Source: Dehalococcoidia bacterium
GTDB lineage: Bacteria > Chloroflexota > Dehalococcoidia > Lucifugimonadales > G963668185
Reading direction: 5' to 3'
NCBI GenBank assembly: GCA_965261935.1
Contig: OZ253485.1
Location: 472,388-536,387, forward strand
Length of the DNA: 64,000 nucleotides
Part shown: positions 54,101-62,370 of the stretch, in pieces
Layout of the letters: each line of letters begins with the position of its first letter
How positions within the stretch are numbered: the stretch's first letter is position 1
Made by a program: the position numbers and the translations under genes
Notes under the pieces: model-generated
The model's input: the letters and a program-made list of their open reading frames with translations, nothing else
Databases searched by the model: none
Told to the model about the DNA's origin: nothing

Positions 54101-57100
54101 CCTTCACCGCAGTCCAGGACTCAGTTGATGACGATGGAGAGTCGGTGAGACTGACATTCGGGACGCTGCCCAGCCAGGTGACAACAGGCCCAACCGATGA
54201 GGCGACAGTGACGATAGCCGACGACGACGTGCCAGGAGTCACCGTCAGCTTCGAGAATGGGGCCTACGCAGTGGCAGAGGGCGGCACTACCACGATCAAG
54301 GTGATCCTCAGCGCAGACCCAGAGCGGACCGTCACTATACCGATTACGGCAACCGACCTTGGTGGAGCCACCAGCGCCGACTACTCGGGTGTGCCCACAA
54401 GCGTGACCTTCGATGCAGGGGAGACAGAAGAAACCTTCACGTTCTCCGCCACAAATGACGCGATGGACGATGATGGCGAACGCGTCAGGCTATCGTTTGG
54501 CTCGAGTCCGCCCACAGGCGTTACCACTGCGATACCGACCCAAACGACGGTACATATCATCGACGACGACACGGCGGGAGTGACGGTTAACCCCACGATG
54601 CTGGACATAGCCGAACACGCCACATCCTCGTACACCATGGTCCTGGACAGCCAGCCGACACACGAGGTGACGGTGACGATCAACTCGCCCGCCGGCACGG
54701 AGATCTTGACGCTTCAACCTCGCCTCACATTCACGACGGATAACTGGGACATAGAGCAGAGTGTGACGGTGATAGCGAACCCAGACAGAGACACGGCCGA
54801 TGACAACGGCGTGATCACACACTCTTTCGATTCACTTGATGATGATTACGACAGAGTCACGCCGAGCGGTGTTGTTGTAACGGTCATTGATGACGACGTG
54901 CCGGATGTGGCCGTCAGCTTCGAAGAAGGGACCTACTCCGTCGCCGAGGGTGGCACCACCACCATCAAGATCACGCTGAGCGCAGATCCAGAGCGGACCG
55001 TCACTATACCGATCACCGAAACCGAGCAGGGCGGGGCCACCAGCGCTGATTACTCGGATGTGCCCTCCAGCCTGACTTTCCATCCAGGTGAGACAGAGAA
55101 GAGCTTCACCTTTGTGGCAGTCCAGGACTCAGTTGATGATGACAACGAGTTGGTGAAGCTAACGTTTGGTGAGTTGCCTAGCCAAGTGACGTTAGGCCCA
55201 ACCGATGAGGCAGTGGTAGCGATATCCGACGACGATGTGCCAAGCGTCACCCTTAACTTCGAGCAGGCGACCTATGCAGTGGCAGAGGGCGGCACTACCA
55301 CGATCAAGGTGATCCTCAGCGCAGACCCAGAGCGGACCGTCAACATACCGATCACCGCAACCGAGCAGGGCGGAGCCACCAGCGCCGAATACTCGGGCGT
55401 GCCCGCCGATGTGACCTTCCAAGCAGGTGACACTGAGAAAGACTTCATCTTCACCGCGGTCCAGGACTCAGTTGATGACGATGGAGAGTCGGTGAAGCTG
55501 ACCTTCGGGACGCTGCCCAGCCAGGTGACGTCAGGCCCAACTGATGAAGCAACGGTAACGATAGCCGACGACGATGTGCCCGGAGTCACTGTCAGCTTCG
55601 AGCAGGCGACCTACGCAGTGGCAGAGGGCGGCACTACCACCATTGTGATCACGCTGAGCGCCAACCCAGAGAGGGCCATCAACATACCGGTTACCGCAAC
55701 CAACCAGGGTGGAGCCACCAGCGCTGACTACTCCGGCGTGCCCGCCGAAGTGACCTTCCAAGCAGGTGACACGGAGAAGGGCTTCACCTTCACCGCGGTC
55801 CAGGACTCAGTTGATGACGATGAAGAGTCGGTGAAGCTGGCCTTCGGGACGCTGCCCAGCCATGTGACATCAGGCCCGACTGATGAGGCAACGGTGACGA
55901 TATCCGACGACGATGTGCCTGGAGTCACCGTCAGCTTCGATCATTCAGCCTACGTCGTGTCAGAGGGGAGCACTACCACCGTCAAGATTACCTTGAGCGC
56001 CGATCCTGAGCGGACGGTCAACATACCGATCACCGCAACCGACCAGGGCGGGGCCACCAGCGCCGACTACTCAGGCGTGCCCGCCAGCGTAACCTTGAAT
56101 TCAGGCGACACCGTGCAAGAGTTCACTTTCATGGCTGTCCGGGACAATTTGGATGACGACGGAGAGTTGGTGAGGCTAACGTTTGGTGAACTGCCCAGCC
56201 AGGTGACGTCAGGCCCGACTGATGAGGCAACGGTAACGATCGCAGATGACGACGTGCCGAGGGTTGCCGTCAGCTTTGAACATGCGGCCTACTCCGTCGA
56301 CGAGGGAAATACCACCACGATCAAGGTGATACTCAGCGCCGACCCTGAGCGGACCATCACAATACCGATCACTGCGACCGAGCAAGGCGGTGGCACCAGT
56401 GCTGACTACTCAGGTGTTCCCACAAGCATGACGTTCGATTCGGGGGAGACCGAGCACAGTTTCATCTTCACCGCAATCCAAGATTCAGTCGATGACGACG
56501 GAGAGTCAGTGAAGCTGACTTTCGGGGAGCTGCCTAGCCAGGTGACATCAGGCCCGACTGATGAGGCAACGGTAACGATCGCAGATTACGACGTGCCGAG
56601 GGTTGCCGTCAGCTTTGAGCATGCGGCCTACTCCGTCGACGAGGGAAATACCACCACGATCAAGGTGATACTCAGCGCCGACCCAGAGCGGACGATCACA
56701 ATACCGATCACTGCGACCGAGCAAGGCGGTGCCACCAGCGCTGACTACTCAGGTGTTCCCACAAGTGTGCCCTTCGATGCTGGGGAGACTGAAGAAGCCT
56801 TCGCCTTCGTGGCGGTTCAGGACAATGTGAATGACGACGGAGAGTCGGTGAAGCTGACCTTAGGGACGCTGCCCAGCTATGTGACGTCAGTCCCGGCCGA
56901 TGAGGCAACGGTGACGATATCCGACGACGATATCCCTATGGTGTCTATCAGCTTCGATCAAACAACCTACGTCGTGTCCGAGAACAGTACTACCACCGTG
57001 AAGATTACCTTGAGCGCCGACCCAGAGCGGACTGTGACCGTACCGATCATCAGTACCGAGCAGGGCGGAGCTAGCAGCGCCGACTACTCGGGTGTTCCCG

Positions 57101-59595
57101 CCAGTGTGACTTTCGATATTGGGGAGACCGAAGAAGCCTTCACGTTCTTCGCCACACATGACGCGATGGACGATGACGGCGAACGCATCAGGCTATCGTT
57201 TGGCTTCAGTCTACCCACAGGCGTGACCGCCGCGATTCCGACCCAGACTACGGTCCAAATCACCGACGATGACACGGCAGGGGTGACGGTTAACCCCACG
57301 ATGCTGGAAATAGCCGAACATGCCACATCCTCTTACACGGTGGTCCTGGACAGTCAGCCGACACACGAGGTGACGGTGACGATCAACTCGCCCGCCGGCA
57401 CTGAGATCTTGACGATTCAACCTCGCCTCACATTCACGACTGAAAACTGGGACATAGAGCAGAGTGTGACGGTGATAGCGAACCCAGACAGAGATACTTC
57501 CGATGACAATGGCTTAATCACGCACACAGTCGATTCCTTGGACGACGACTATGGGGGAGTCACGCCTAGCGGGGTCGCCGTCACGGTCATCGACGACGAC
57601 GTGCCTGGAGTCACCGTCAGCTTCGTGCAGGAGACATACACCGTAGCAGAGGGCGGTACAACCTCCATCAAAGTCACGCTGAACACTGACCCTGAGCGTA
57701 TCGTCACCATACCGATCACCAGGACTGAGCAAGGCGGGGCAACCAACACCGACTACACAGGCGTGCCTGCCAGCGTGATCTTCAATTCAGGGGAGTTCGA
57801 GCATAGCTTCGCCTTCGAGGCAACCCAGGACTCAGTCGATGACGACGGAGAGTCGGTAAGGCTGACCTTCGGGATGCTGCCCAGCCAGGTGACTGCCGGC
57901 CCAACCGATGAGGCGACGGTAACGATATTCGATGACGATGTGCCGAGTGTGACCGTCAGCTTCGTGCAGGAGACATACACCGTAGCAGAGGGCGGTACAA
58001 CCTCCATCAAAGTCACGCTGAACACTGACCCTGAGCGTATCGTCACCATACCGATCACCAGGACCGAGCAAGGCGGAGCCACCAGCGCCGACTACTCAGG
58101 CGTTCCCACCAACGTGACCTTCGACTCAGGGGAGATTGAGCTTAACTTCACCTTCTTCGCAATCCAAGACTCCTCGGACGACGACAACGAGTCAGTCAGT
58201 CTCTCTTTCGGGGCGCTGCCCAGCCAGGTGATGTCAGGCCCAACTGATGTGGCGACGGTCGCGATCGCAGACGACGATGTACCGGAGGTCACCGTCAGCT
58301 TCGGCCAGGCAGCCTACGCCGTGGCAGAAGGAAGCACTACCACCGTAAAGGTCATCTTGGACAGGGACCCAAAACGCGCAGTGAGCCTCCTCATAGAAAA
58401 GGTCGAAGAAGGCGGGGCCACCAGTGCCGACTACACAGGCGTTCCCACAAGCGTGACCTTCGACTCAGGTGAGACGGTGCGTAGCTTCACCTTCTCGGCG
58501 GCTCAAGATGCAATCGTCGACGACGGCGAGAAGGTGCTCCTGTCTTTCAGCTCGACGATGCCCGCGGGCATTACAGCGTTGGCTCCGACACAGACGACCA
58601 TCCTGATTGCCGACGATGACTCCGCCGGAGTGACAGTGGATCCTACCGTGCTGACCATAGCGGAGCGCGCTACATCCTCTTACTCCGTCGCCTTGGAAAG
58701 CGAACCAACACATGATGTGACGGTCACGATTAACTCGCCTAACGAAACAGCAATCGCAACGGACAAATCTCTTCTCAATTTCACTGCCAGCAACTGGCAC
58801 ATGATTCAGTCCGTGGTCGTGTTGGCTAATGCGGATGAAGACACACACGATTACCACGGATCGATCACCCACACTATCGAATCTTTGGATGATGAGTATG
58901 TTGGAGCCACTTCTAGTGATGTCATTGTCAGAGTTATCGACGATGATGTGCCGCAAGTGACGATTAGCTTCGGGAAGGCCACGTACCACGTTGACGAGGG
59001 TGGCGATGTCTCGGTTGAGGTCATTCTGGACAGTCACCCAGGACGTAACCTCACCATCCCTGTCGAGAAGACCGATCAAGGCGGCATAACCGGCGCCGAC
59101 TACTTCGGCGTGCCATCCAGTGTGAGCTTCAACCCGGGGGACACTGTGAAGTCCTTCACCGTCTACACCACCCAGGACTCTCTGAATGACGACAACGAGC
59201 TAGTCAAGTTCTCATTCGGCGTTCTTCCCGATGGTGTTTCTGTAGGAACCTTAAAGGAGTCGGCGGTCTCCATCACAGATGACGACGTGCCCAAAATAAC
59301 CGTAACCTTTGAGAGGGCGAATTACTTCGTGTCCGAAGGACAATCAACTACGATCAAAGTATTTCTGAACAGGGACCCAGAACGCACCCTAATCATTCCC
59401 ATTGAAATTACCAAGCGAGGTAGGGCAACAAATGCTGATTACTTCGGGGTGCCCAATAGCTTAACCTTCGGCTATGGAGAAACCGAAGAGTCCTTCACGT
59501 TTTCCGCCACCCCAGACTCCGTGGACGATGACAGCGAGTCTGTCGAGCTGTCATTCGGCGACCTCTCCAACGCGGTCATGCTTGGGAAGCAATAG
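45196..59595 (+). CDS. Giant Calx-beta repeat surface protein/adhesin (4799 aa, about 40 domains)
   Basis: Units of about 113 aa (VSFxxxxYxVxEG...ATSADY...QDSVDDDGESV.LTFG...VTIxDDD) with a 339-nt period, interspersed with a second unit type of about 112 aa. Hydrophobic N-terminal segment. Confidence 0.92.
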   Translation: MTIGSLAGTDVPPNTCGLTWPALLLLLSASVAIILSAALPSFHVESEKSNVDLSLATDSSDQATVSEGPVGFKASVSQIIGRLPDGDATSWHDDLDKAHVTASLRVVFEHGSELLARRYDDVRGSEHDEAKPVKTTDECRSTRDGYAFAPGGDALEGGREDKAGAVASAKGARVNTGNEVKPCFGKPAPTEVNPKKNGEVTEVVVSKPSPLVSSLSVIGFAPLAAVEVEHVRRPNTAKNGTRYTARNVEQTCPTHSDNIASHRYVGGPECSFSFSAAMLSRSGGQLAGLSLGRRPDESPEGVLEQPKVSNSNGDVPMVTVSFESGTYTVAEGNTTTIRVILDEDPEHSVTIALDRSPQRGISLANYSGVPSSITLNSGDTERSFTFSATKEAMGDDGEGVRISIGSTLPAGVTATAPIQTTVHIADDDTAGVTFDPETVTVTEGTSSSYAVVLDSQPTHEVTVTINSPAGTEILTLQPRLTFTTDNWDIEQTVTVIANPDRDSVNDTGSITHTIDSLDDDYDRIIPGAVEVTVIDDDVPAVVVSFAQSSYTVSEGGTTTVKVVMDADPERTVNIRIFGTLLEGATSTDYSGVPAEVTFNAGETEQSFIFSATQDEIDDDGEGVRLNLGTLPFKVSLGGTDETVVSITDDDDSAVTVSFDMASYSVAEGDDVMIGVTLSAALELAVTIPIVVALQDGATSIDYSGVPANVMFASGETERSFTFTATQDTEEDDGESVKLTFGELSEAVSEGLNSEATVTIADDDVPDVAVSFEQAFYAVEEGGTTTIRIILSSDLHPTVNVPITVTEHGGAASADYSGVPASVTFDSGETEHRFTITAVQDSLDDDGESVKLTFGELPNQVTSGPTDEAMVTVIDDDVPSVAVSFEEASYTVAEGRTTTIKITLSADPERTVTIPIIKTEQGGATSADYTGVPASVTFDAEETEEAFTFSATQDAFDEDGGGVRLSFGSSLPTGVIAATPSQTTVQIIDDDTARVTVDPTMLRIAEHATSSYTMVLDSQPTHEVTVTINSPTGTEIVTVQPRLTFTTDNWDKEQSVTVIANPDRDTSDDYGVITHTVDSLDDDYDRVTPSGVAVTVIDDDVPSVAVSFEEASYTVAEGRTTTIKITLSADPERTVTIPIIKTEHGGATSADYTGVPASVTFDAGEAEEAFTFSATQDAFDEDGGGVRLSFGSSLPTGVIAATPSQTTVQIIDDDTARVTVDPTMLRIAEHATSSYTMVLDSQPAHEVIVTINSPVGTEIVTVQPRLTFTTEDWDEMQSVTVIANPDRDTSDDYGVITHTVDSLDDDYDRVTPSGVAVTVIDDDVPDVAVSFEEGTYSVDEGGTTTIKITLSADPDRTVTVPITKTDQGGATSADYTGVPASVTFDSGETQHRFTFTAVQDSVDDDGESVALNFGILPGAISKGMNSEATVTISDDDVPGVTVSFEQRTYTVQEGSTTTIKVILSADPERIAIIPISRTDQGGATSADYSGVPARVTFDAGHTERSFTFTAAQDLVNDDGESVKLTFGTLPSQVTVGPTDEATVTISDDDVPSVTVSFEQATYVVAEGGTTTIKITLSADSERTVTIPITKTEHGGATSADYTGVPASVTFDAGEAEEAFTFSATQDAFDEDGGGVRLSFGSSLPTGVIAATPSQTTVQIIDDDTARVTVDPTMLRIAEHATSSYTMVLDSQPAHEVIVTINSPVGTEIVTVQPRLTFTTEDWDEMQSVTVIANPDRDTSDDYGVITHTVDSLDDDYDRVTPSGVAVTVIDDDVPDVAVSFEEGTYSVDEGGTTTIKITLSADPDRTVTVPITATDQGGATSADYSDVPGSVTFQAGDMEKSFTFTAIQDSIDDDGESVRLTFGGLPSQVTSGPIDEATVTISDDDVPGVTVNFEQATYVVAEGGTTTIVITLSTDPERTVTIPITKTDQGGATSADYTSVPASLTFDSGHTEHSFIFTAVQDPVDDDGESVKLTFGALPSQVTSGPTDEAMVTISDDDVPEVTVSFGQAAYVVSEGSTTTVKITLSADPERTVTIPITKTDQGGATSADYSGVPGSITFNSGETQHSFTFTAAQDSADDDGESVALAFGELPEAISEGMNSEATVTMSDDDVPEVTISFGQSAYFVAEGSTSTVKITLSADPERAVHIPITKTEQGGATSADFIGVPASVTFDAGETEETFTFSATDDAMDDDGEGVRLSIGSSLPTGVTAATPTQTTVHIIDEDTAGVTVDPTMLRIAEHATSSYTMVLDSQPTHEVTVTINSPAGTEILTLRPRLTFTTDNWDIEQSVTVIANPDRDTTDDNGVITHTVDTLDDDYDRVTPSSVAVTVIDDDVPDVAVSFQEGTYSVDEGTTTTIKITLSADPDRTVTIPITATDQGGATSADYTGVPASVTFDSGETEEAFTFTAIQDSVDDDGESVALNFGTLPEAISEGMNSVATVTISDDDVPIVTVRFEQRTYTVEEGNTTTIKVILSEDPERTVTIPITATDLGGATSADYSGLPASITIDAGHTEHSFSFTATQDSVNDDGESVKLNFGALPSQVTSGPTDETTVTISDDDVPVVTVNFEQATYAVAEGGTTTIVITLSPDPERTVNIPITATEQGSATNADYSGVPASVTFDSGETQRSFTFTAIQDSMDDDGESVALNFGALPEAISEGMNSEATVTIADDDVPEVTVSFEYGTYVVAEGSTTTVKITLSPDPERTVNIPITATEQGSATNADYSGVPASVTFDSGETQRSFTFTAIQDSVDDDGESVALNFGALPEAISEGMNSEATVTIADDDVPEVTVSFEYGTYVVAEGSTTTVKITLSVDPERTVTIPITATEQGGATSADYSGVPTSVTFQAGDMENSFTFTAVQDSVDDDREIVRLTFGELPSQVTSGPTDEATVTISDDDVPSVTVNFEQATYAVAEGSTTTIKISLSADPERTVTIPITKTEHGGAVSADYSGVPGSVTFNSGETQHSFTFTAVQDSVDDDGESVRLTFGTLPSQVTTGPTDEATVTIADDDVPGVTVSFENGAYAVAEGGTTTIKVILSADPERTVTIPITATDLGGATSADYSGVPTSVTFDAGETEETFTFSATNDAMDDDGERVRLSFGSSPPTGVTTAIPTQTTVHIIDDDTAGVTVNPTMLDIAEHATSSYTMVLDSQPTHEVTVTINSPAGTEILTLQPRLTFTTDNWDIEQSVTVIANPDRDTADDNGVITHSFDSLDDDYDRVTPSGVVVTVIDDDVPDVAVSFEEGTYSVAEGGTTTIKITLSADPERTVTIPITETEQGGATSADYSDVPSSLTFHPGETEKSFTFVAVQDSVDDDNELVKLTFGELPSQVTLGPTDEAVVAISDDDVPSVTLNFEQATYAVAEGGTTTIKVILSADPERTVNIPITATEQGGATSAEYSGVPADVTFQAGDTEKDFIFTAVQDSVDDDGESVKLTFGTLPSQVTSGPTDEATVTIADDDVPGVTVSFEQATYAVAEGGTTTIVITLSANPERAINIPVTATNQGGATSADYSGVPAEVTFQAGDTEKGFTFTAVQDSVDDDEESVKLAFGTLPSHVTSGPTDEATVTISDDDVPGVTVSFDHSAYVVSEGSTTTVKITLSADPERTVNIPITATDQGGATSADYSGVPASVTLNSGDTVQEFTFMAVRDNLDDDGELVRLTFGELPSQVTSGPTDEATVTIADDDVPRVAVSFEHAAYSVDEGNTTTIKVILSADPERTITIPITATEQGGGTSADYSGVPTSMTFDSGETEHSFIFTAIQDSVDDDGESVKLTFGELPSQVTSGPTDEATVTIADYDVPRVAVSFEHAAYSVDEGNTTTIKVILSADPERTITIPITATEQGGATSADYSGVPTSVPFDAGETEEAFAFVAVQDNVNDDGESVKLTLGTLPSYVTSVPADEATVTISDDDIPMVSISFDQTTYVVSENSTTTVKITLSADPERTVTVPIISTEQGGASSADYSGVPASVTFDIGETEEAFTFFATHDAMDDDGERIRLSFGFSLPTGVTAAIPTQTTVQITDDDTAGVTVNPTMLEIAEHATSSYTVVLDSQPTHEVTVTINSPAGTEILTIQPRLTFTTENWDIEQSVTVIANPDRDTSDDNGLITHTVDSLDDDYGGVTPSGVAVTVIDDDVPGVTVSFVQETYTVAEGGTTSIKVTLNTDPERIVTIPITRTEQGGATNTDYTGVPASVIFNSGEFEHSFAFEATQDSVDDDGESVRLTFGMLPSQVTAGPTDEATVTIFDDDVPSVTVSFVQETYTVAEGGTTSIKVTLNTDPERIVTIPITRTEQGGATSADYSGVPTNVTFDSGEIELNFTFFAIQDSSDDDNESVSLSFGALPSQVMSGPTDVATVAIADDDVPEVTVSFGQAAYAVAEGSTTTVKVILDRDPKRAVSLLIEKVEEGGATSADYTGVPTSVTFDSGETVRSFTFSAAQDAIVDDGEKVLLSFSSTMPAGITALAPTQTTILIADDDSAGVTVDPTVLTIAERATSSYSVALESEPTHDVTVTINSPNETAIATDKSLLNFTASNWHMIQSVVVLANADEDTHDYHGSITHTIESLDDEYVGATSSDVIVRVIDDDVPQVTISFGKATYHVDEGGDVSVEVILDSHPGRNLTIPVEKTDQGGITGADYFGVPSSVSFNPGDTVKSFTVYTTQDSLNDDNELVKFSFGVLPDGVSVGTLKESAVSITDDDVPKITVTFERANYFVSEGQSTTIKVFLNRDPERTLIIPIEITKRGRATNADYFGVPNSLTFGYGETEESFTFSATPDSVDDDSESVELSFGDLSNAVMLGKQ

Positions 59596-60002
59596 CAACG
59601 AAACGCTGCGTTATTCGTGGGTGGTGGATCTGTAAACTTGCTGAAGCTGGATCAGCCGATTGGTCGTAGTTCGAGTCCATGCCGGTGGGCCGGAGCGTAC
59701 CGTATTGCGAACTTTTCGGTGGGAGGTCCTGCTGTAAGGAGTCCAGTTTGGTGGTCCACACCCACTGGCGGAGCCATTCAACGCGCTGAGGACGTTCAGG
59801 AATCGATCTTGCGCAGTATGTAGAAGGAGCTGAATCTATGGCAACCCATAGAGCGAGTCAGGTAGCCGACGAGAACGGCGTTCTTCCCCGACGTGGTGAC
59901 CATCAATCGGTAGAGGGCTATTCGGCGGATGACCGTGATGTCTTAAAGTTCCTCTCCGCGTTGCCATTGCCGAAGCAGACCCCAAGAGGGCTAAAGGCCC
60001 AT

Positions 60003-60058
60003 CCACATCTCGAAGATGGTTCTGCCTACCGTCCACTCTGGCCCATGTGGCAGGACCA
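60003..60058 (-). other. Second copy of the att-like junction motif
   Basis: Minus strand GGGCCAGAGTGGACGGTAGGCAGAACCATCTTCGAGATGTGG matches 30217-30247 at 28/31 positions. Confidence 0.5.
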
Positions 60059-60094
60059 ATACCGGTCGCTTGCGCGCACGGGTGATCGCCACGT

Positions 60095-60157
60095 TCAAGA
60101 GACGGCAAGGACAATGCCCAGCAAGGCAAGCCATCTTGTCGTTCCTGCACTCGGCCT
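60095..60157 (-). pseudogene. Remnant 5' end of a third LRR lipoprotein gene
   Basis: Same upstream spacer and signal-peptide DNA as the two intact genes; the start codon is altered to AGG, with TGA after 20 codons. Confidence 0.75.
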
Positions 60158-60248
60158 TATCGTGACCTCCTATCTTTGCTTCGCGCAGAGCGTCCGGGGA
60201 AGAAGGCGCGCCATGACGCCATTTGCCGCCTGCTGAGGCGCCGGGGCC

Positions 60249-62279
60249 TCAGCAGGACGGCAGGTCGCCAAGGTTAGAAGAATAAGATCCTCTCAACTGG
60301 TCTTCCAGGCTGCGTGGCACGCACCCGCTCAACTCGTTCCCGCCGAGGTTCAGATGTGTCAGGCGGGAGAGGCTGCCCAGCTCCGGCGGTATCCCGCTCA
60401 AGGCGTTGGCGCTGAGGTCCAGCCATCCCAGGTTGGAGAGGCTACCCAGCTCCGCCGGTATCTCCCCGCTCAAGGCGTTGGCGCTGAGGTTCAGCCATGC
60501 CAGGTTGGAGAGGCTGCCCAGCTCCGCCGGTATCTCCCCGCTCAAGGCGTTGGCGCTGAGGTTCAGCCATGCCAGGTTGGAGAGGCTGCCCAGCTCCGCC
60601 GGTATCTCCCCGCTCAAGGCGTTGGCGCTGAGGTTCAGCCATCCCAGGTTGGAGAGGCTGCCCAACTCCGCCGGTATCTCCCCGCTCAACTGATTGTCGC
60701 TGAGGTTCAGCCGCCAACTCAGGTTGGAGAGGCTGCCCAACTCCGGCGGTATCTCCCCGCTCAACTGGTTGTCTTGGAGGTGCAGTTCTGTCAGGTTGGA
60801 GAGGTTGCCCAGCTCCGCCGGTATCTCCCCGCTCAAGTCGTTGGCGCTGAGGTTCAGCTGTGGCAGGTTGGCGAGGCTGCCCAACTCCGCCGGTATCTCC
60901 CCGCTCAACTGATTGTCGCTGAGGTTCAGCCGCCAACTCAGGTTGGAGAGGCTGCCCAACTCCGGCGGTATCTCCCCGCTCAACTGGTTGTCTTGGAGGT
61001 GCAGTTCTGTCAGGTTGGAGAGGTTGCCCAGCTCCGCCGGTATCTCCCCGCTCAAGTCGTTGGCGCTGAGGTTCAGCTGTGGCAGGTTGGCGAGGCTGCC
61101 CAACTCCGCCGGTATCTCCCCGCTCAACTGATTGTCGCTGAGGTTCAGCCGCCAACTCAGGTTGGCGAGGCTGCCCAACTCCGGCGGTATCTCCCCGCTC
61201 AACTGGTTCCCGCCGAGGGACAGCCGTATCAGGTTGGCGAGGCTGCCCAACTCCGGCGGTATCTCCCCGCTCAACTGGTTCCCGCCGAGGGACAGCCCTA
61301 TCAGGTTGGCGAGGCTGCCCAGCTCCGGCGGTATCTCCCCGCTCAACTGGTTCCCGCCGAGGGACAGCCCTGTCAGGTTGGCGAGGCTGCCCAGCTCCGC
61401 CGGTATCTCCCCGCTCAACTGGTTCCAGCCGAGGGACAGCGATTCCAGGTTGGAGAGGCTGCCCAGCTCCGGCGGCAGCTCTCCGCTCAACTCATTGCTG
61501 CTGAGGGACAGCGTTTTCAGGTTGGAAAGGCTGCCCAACTCCGGCGGCAGCTCCCCGCTCAACTCGTTGTTGTTGAGGCGCAGCCCTTTCAGGTTGGCGA
61601 GGCTGCCCAGCTCCGGCGGTATCTCCCCGCTCAACTCGTTGTCGCTGAGGTCCAGCTCTGTCAGGTTGGAGAGGTTGCCCAGCTCCGGCGGCAGCTCCCC
61701 GCTCAAGTCGTTTTGGCTGAGGTCCAGCTCTGTCAGGTTGGAGAGGTTGCCCAGCTCCGGCGGCAGCTCCCCGCTCAAATCGTTGTGGTTGAGGTTCAGC
61801 AGTATCAGGTTGGCGAGGCTGCCCAGCTCCGGCGGTATCTCCCCGCTCAACTCGTTCCAGTCGAGGTCCAGCTCTGTAACGCGCCCATTGTCGTCAGTTT
61901 CGACGCGGGGCCATTCGCCCAGGGGCGCGTCACTCAGCCAGTTTTTATTGTGCTCCCAGTTCTCACCGTCCGTTGCGTTGTAGAGGGCAACCAGCGCCTC
62001 CCGGTCCGTTGCCGCCGAGGTCCGCCCAATGGTGAGCAGCGGCGCTTTGGTAGCCGTCGGTCGCGGCGCAGAGGTGGCCGTGGGCGCGTCTCCCGGCATG
62101 GGGGTGGAAGCTGCCGCTTCCGTCGCGGGCGTGGACGCGGCCTCCGTCCGGGGCGTCACGGTCCGCTCTCCGTCGGCGTCCGGCGAATCGCCGCCGCAGG
62201 CCATGAGGACTACCGGCAGCGCCAGGGCAAGGACAATGCCCAGCAAAGTAAGCCGTCTCGTCGTTCCTGTACTCGTCAT
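60249..62279 (-). CDS. Leucine-rich repeat lipoprotein (plant/RLK-type LRR, 22 repeats)
   Basis: Lipobox LMAC, PTA linker, N-cap DREALVALYNATDGENW, LxxLxLxxNxLSGEIPxELGSLxN repeats and C-cap SGCVPRS...GDLPSC. Confidence 0.92.
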   Translation of the reverse strand: MTSTGTTRRLTLLGIVLALALPVVLMACGGDSPDADGERTVTPRTEAASTPATEAAASTPMPGDAPTATSAPRPTATKAPLLTIGRTSAATDREALVALYNATDGENWEHNKNWLSDAPLGEWPRVETDDNGRVTELDLDWNELSGEIPPELGSLANLILLNLNHNDLSGELPPELGNLSNLTELDLSQNDLSGELPPELGNLSNLTELDLSDNELSGEIPPELGSLANLKGLRLNNNELSGELPPELGSLSNLKTLSLSSNELSGELPPELGSLSNLESLSLGWNQLSGEIPAELGSLANLTGLSLGGNQLSGEIPPELGSLANLIGLSLGGNQLSGEIPPELGSLANLIRLSLGGNQLSGEIPPELGSLANLSWRLNLSDNQLSGEIPAELGSLANLPQLNLSANDLSGEIPAELGNLSNLTELHLQDNQLSGEIPPELGSLSNLSWRLNLSDNQLSGEIPAELGSLANLPQLNLSANDLSGEIPAELGNLSNLTELHLQDNQLSGEIPPELGSLSNLSWRLNLSDNQLSGEIPAELGSLSNLGWLNLSANALSGEIPAELGSLSNLAWLNLSANALSGEIPAELGSLSNLAWLNLSANALSGEIPAELGSLSNLGWLDLSANALSGIPPELGSLSRLTHLNLGGNELSGCVPRSLEDQLRGSYSSNLGDLPSC

Positions 62280-62370
62280 TATCGTGACCTCCTATCTTTG
62301 CTTCGCGCGGAGCGTCCGGGGAAGAAGGCGCGCCCCTGGCGCCGTTTCCGCCAGCTGAGGGCGCGTGGCT

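Noticed and set aside
46290-59079. Many 66-110-aa minus-strand ORFs recurring every 339 nt
   Set aside because: These are antisense shadows of the Calx-beta repeats, not a gene array.
59729-59760. TGTAAGGAGTCCAGTTTGGTGGTCCACA resembling an IS terminus
   Set aside because: No partner inverted repeat or transposase was found, so there is insufficient support.
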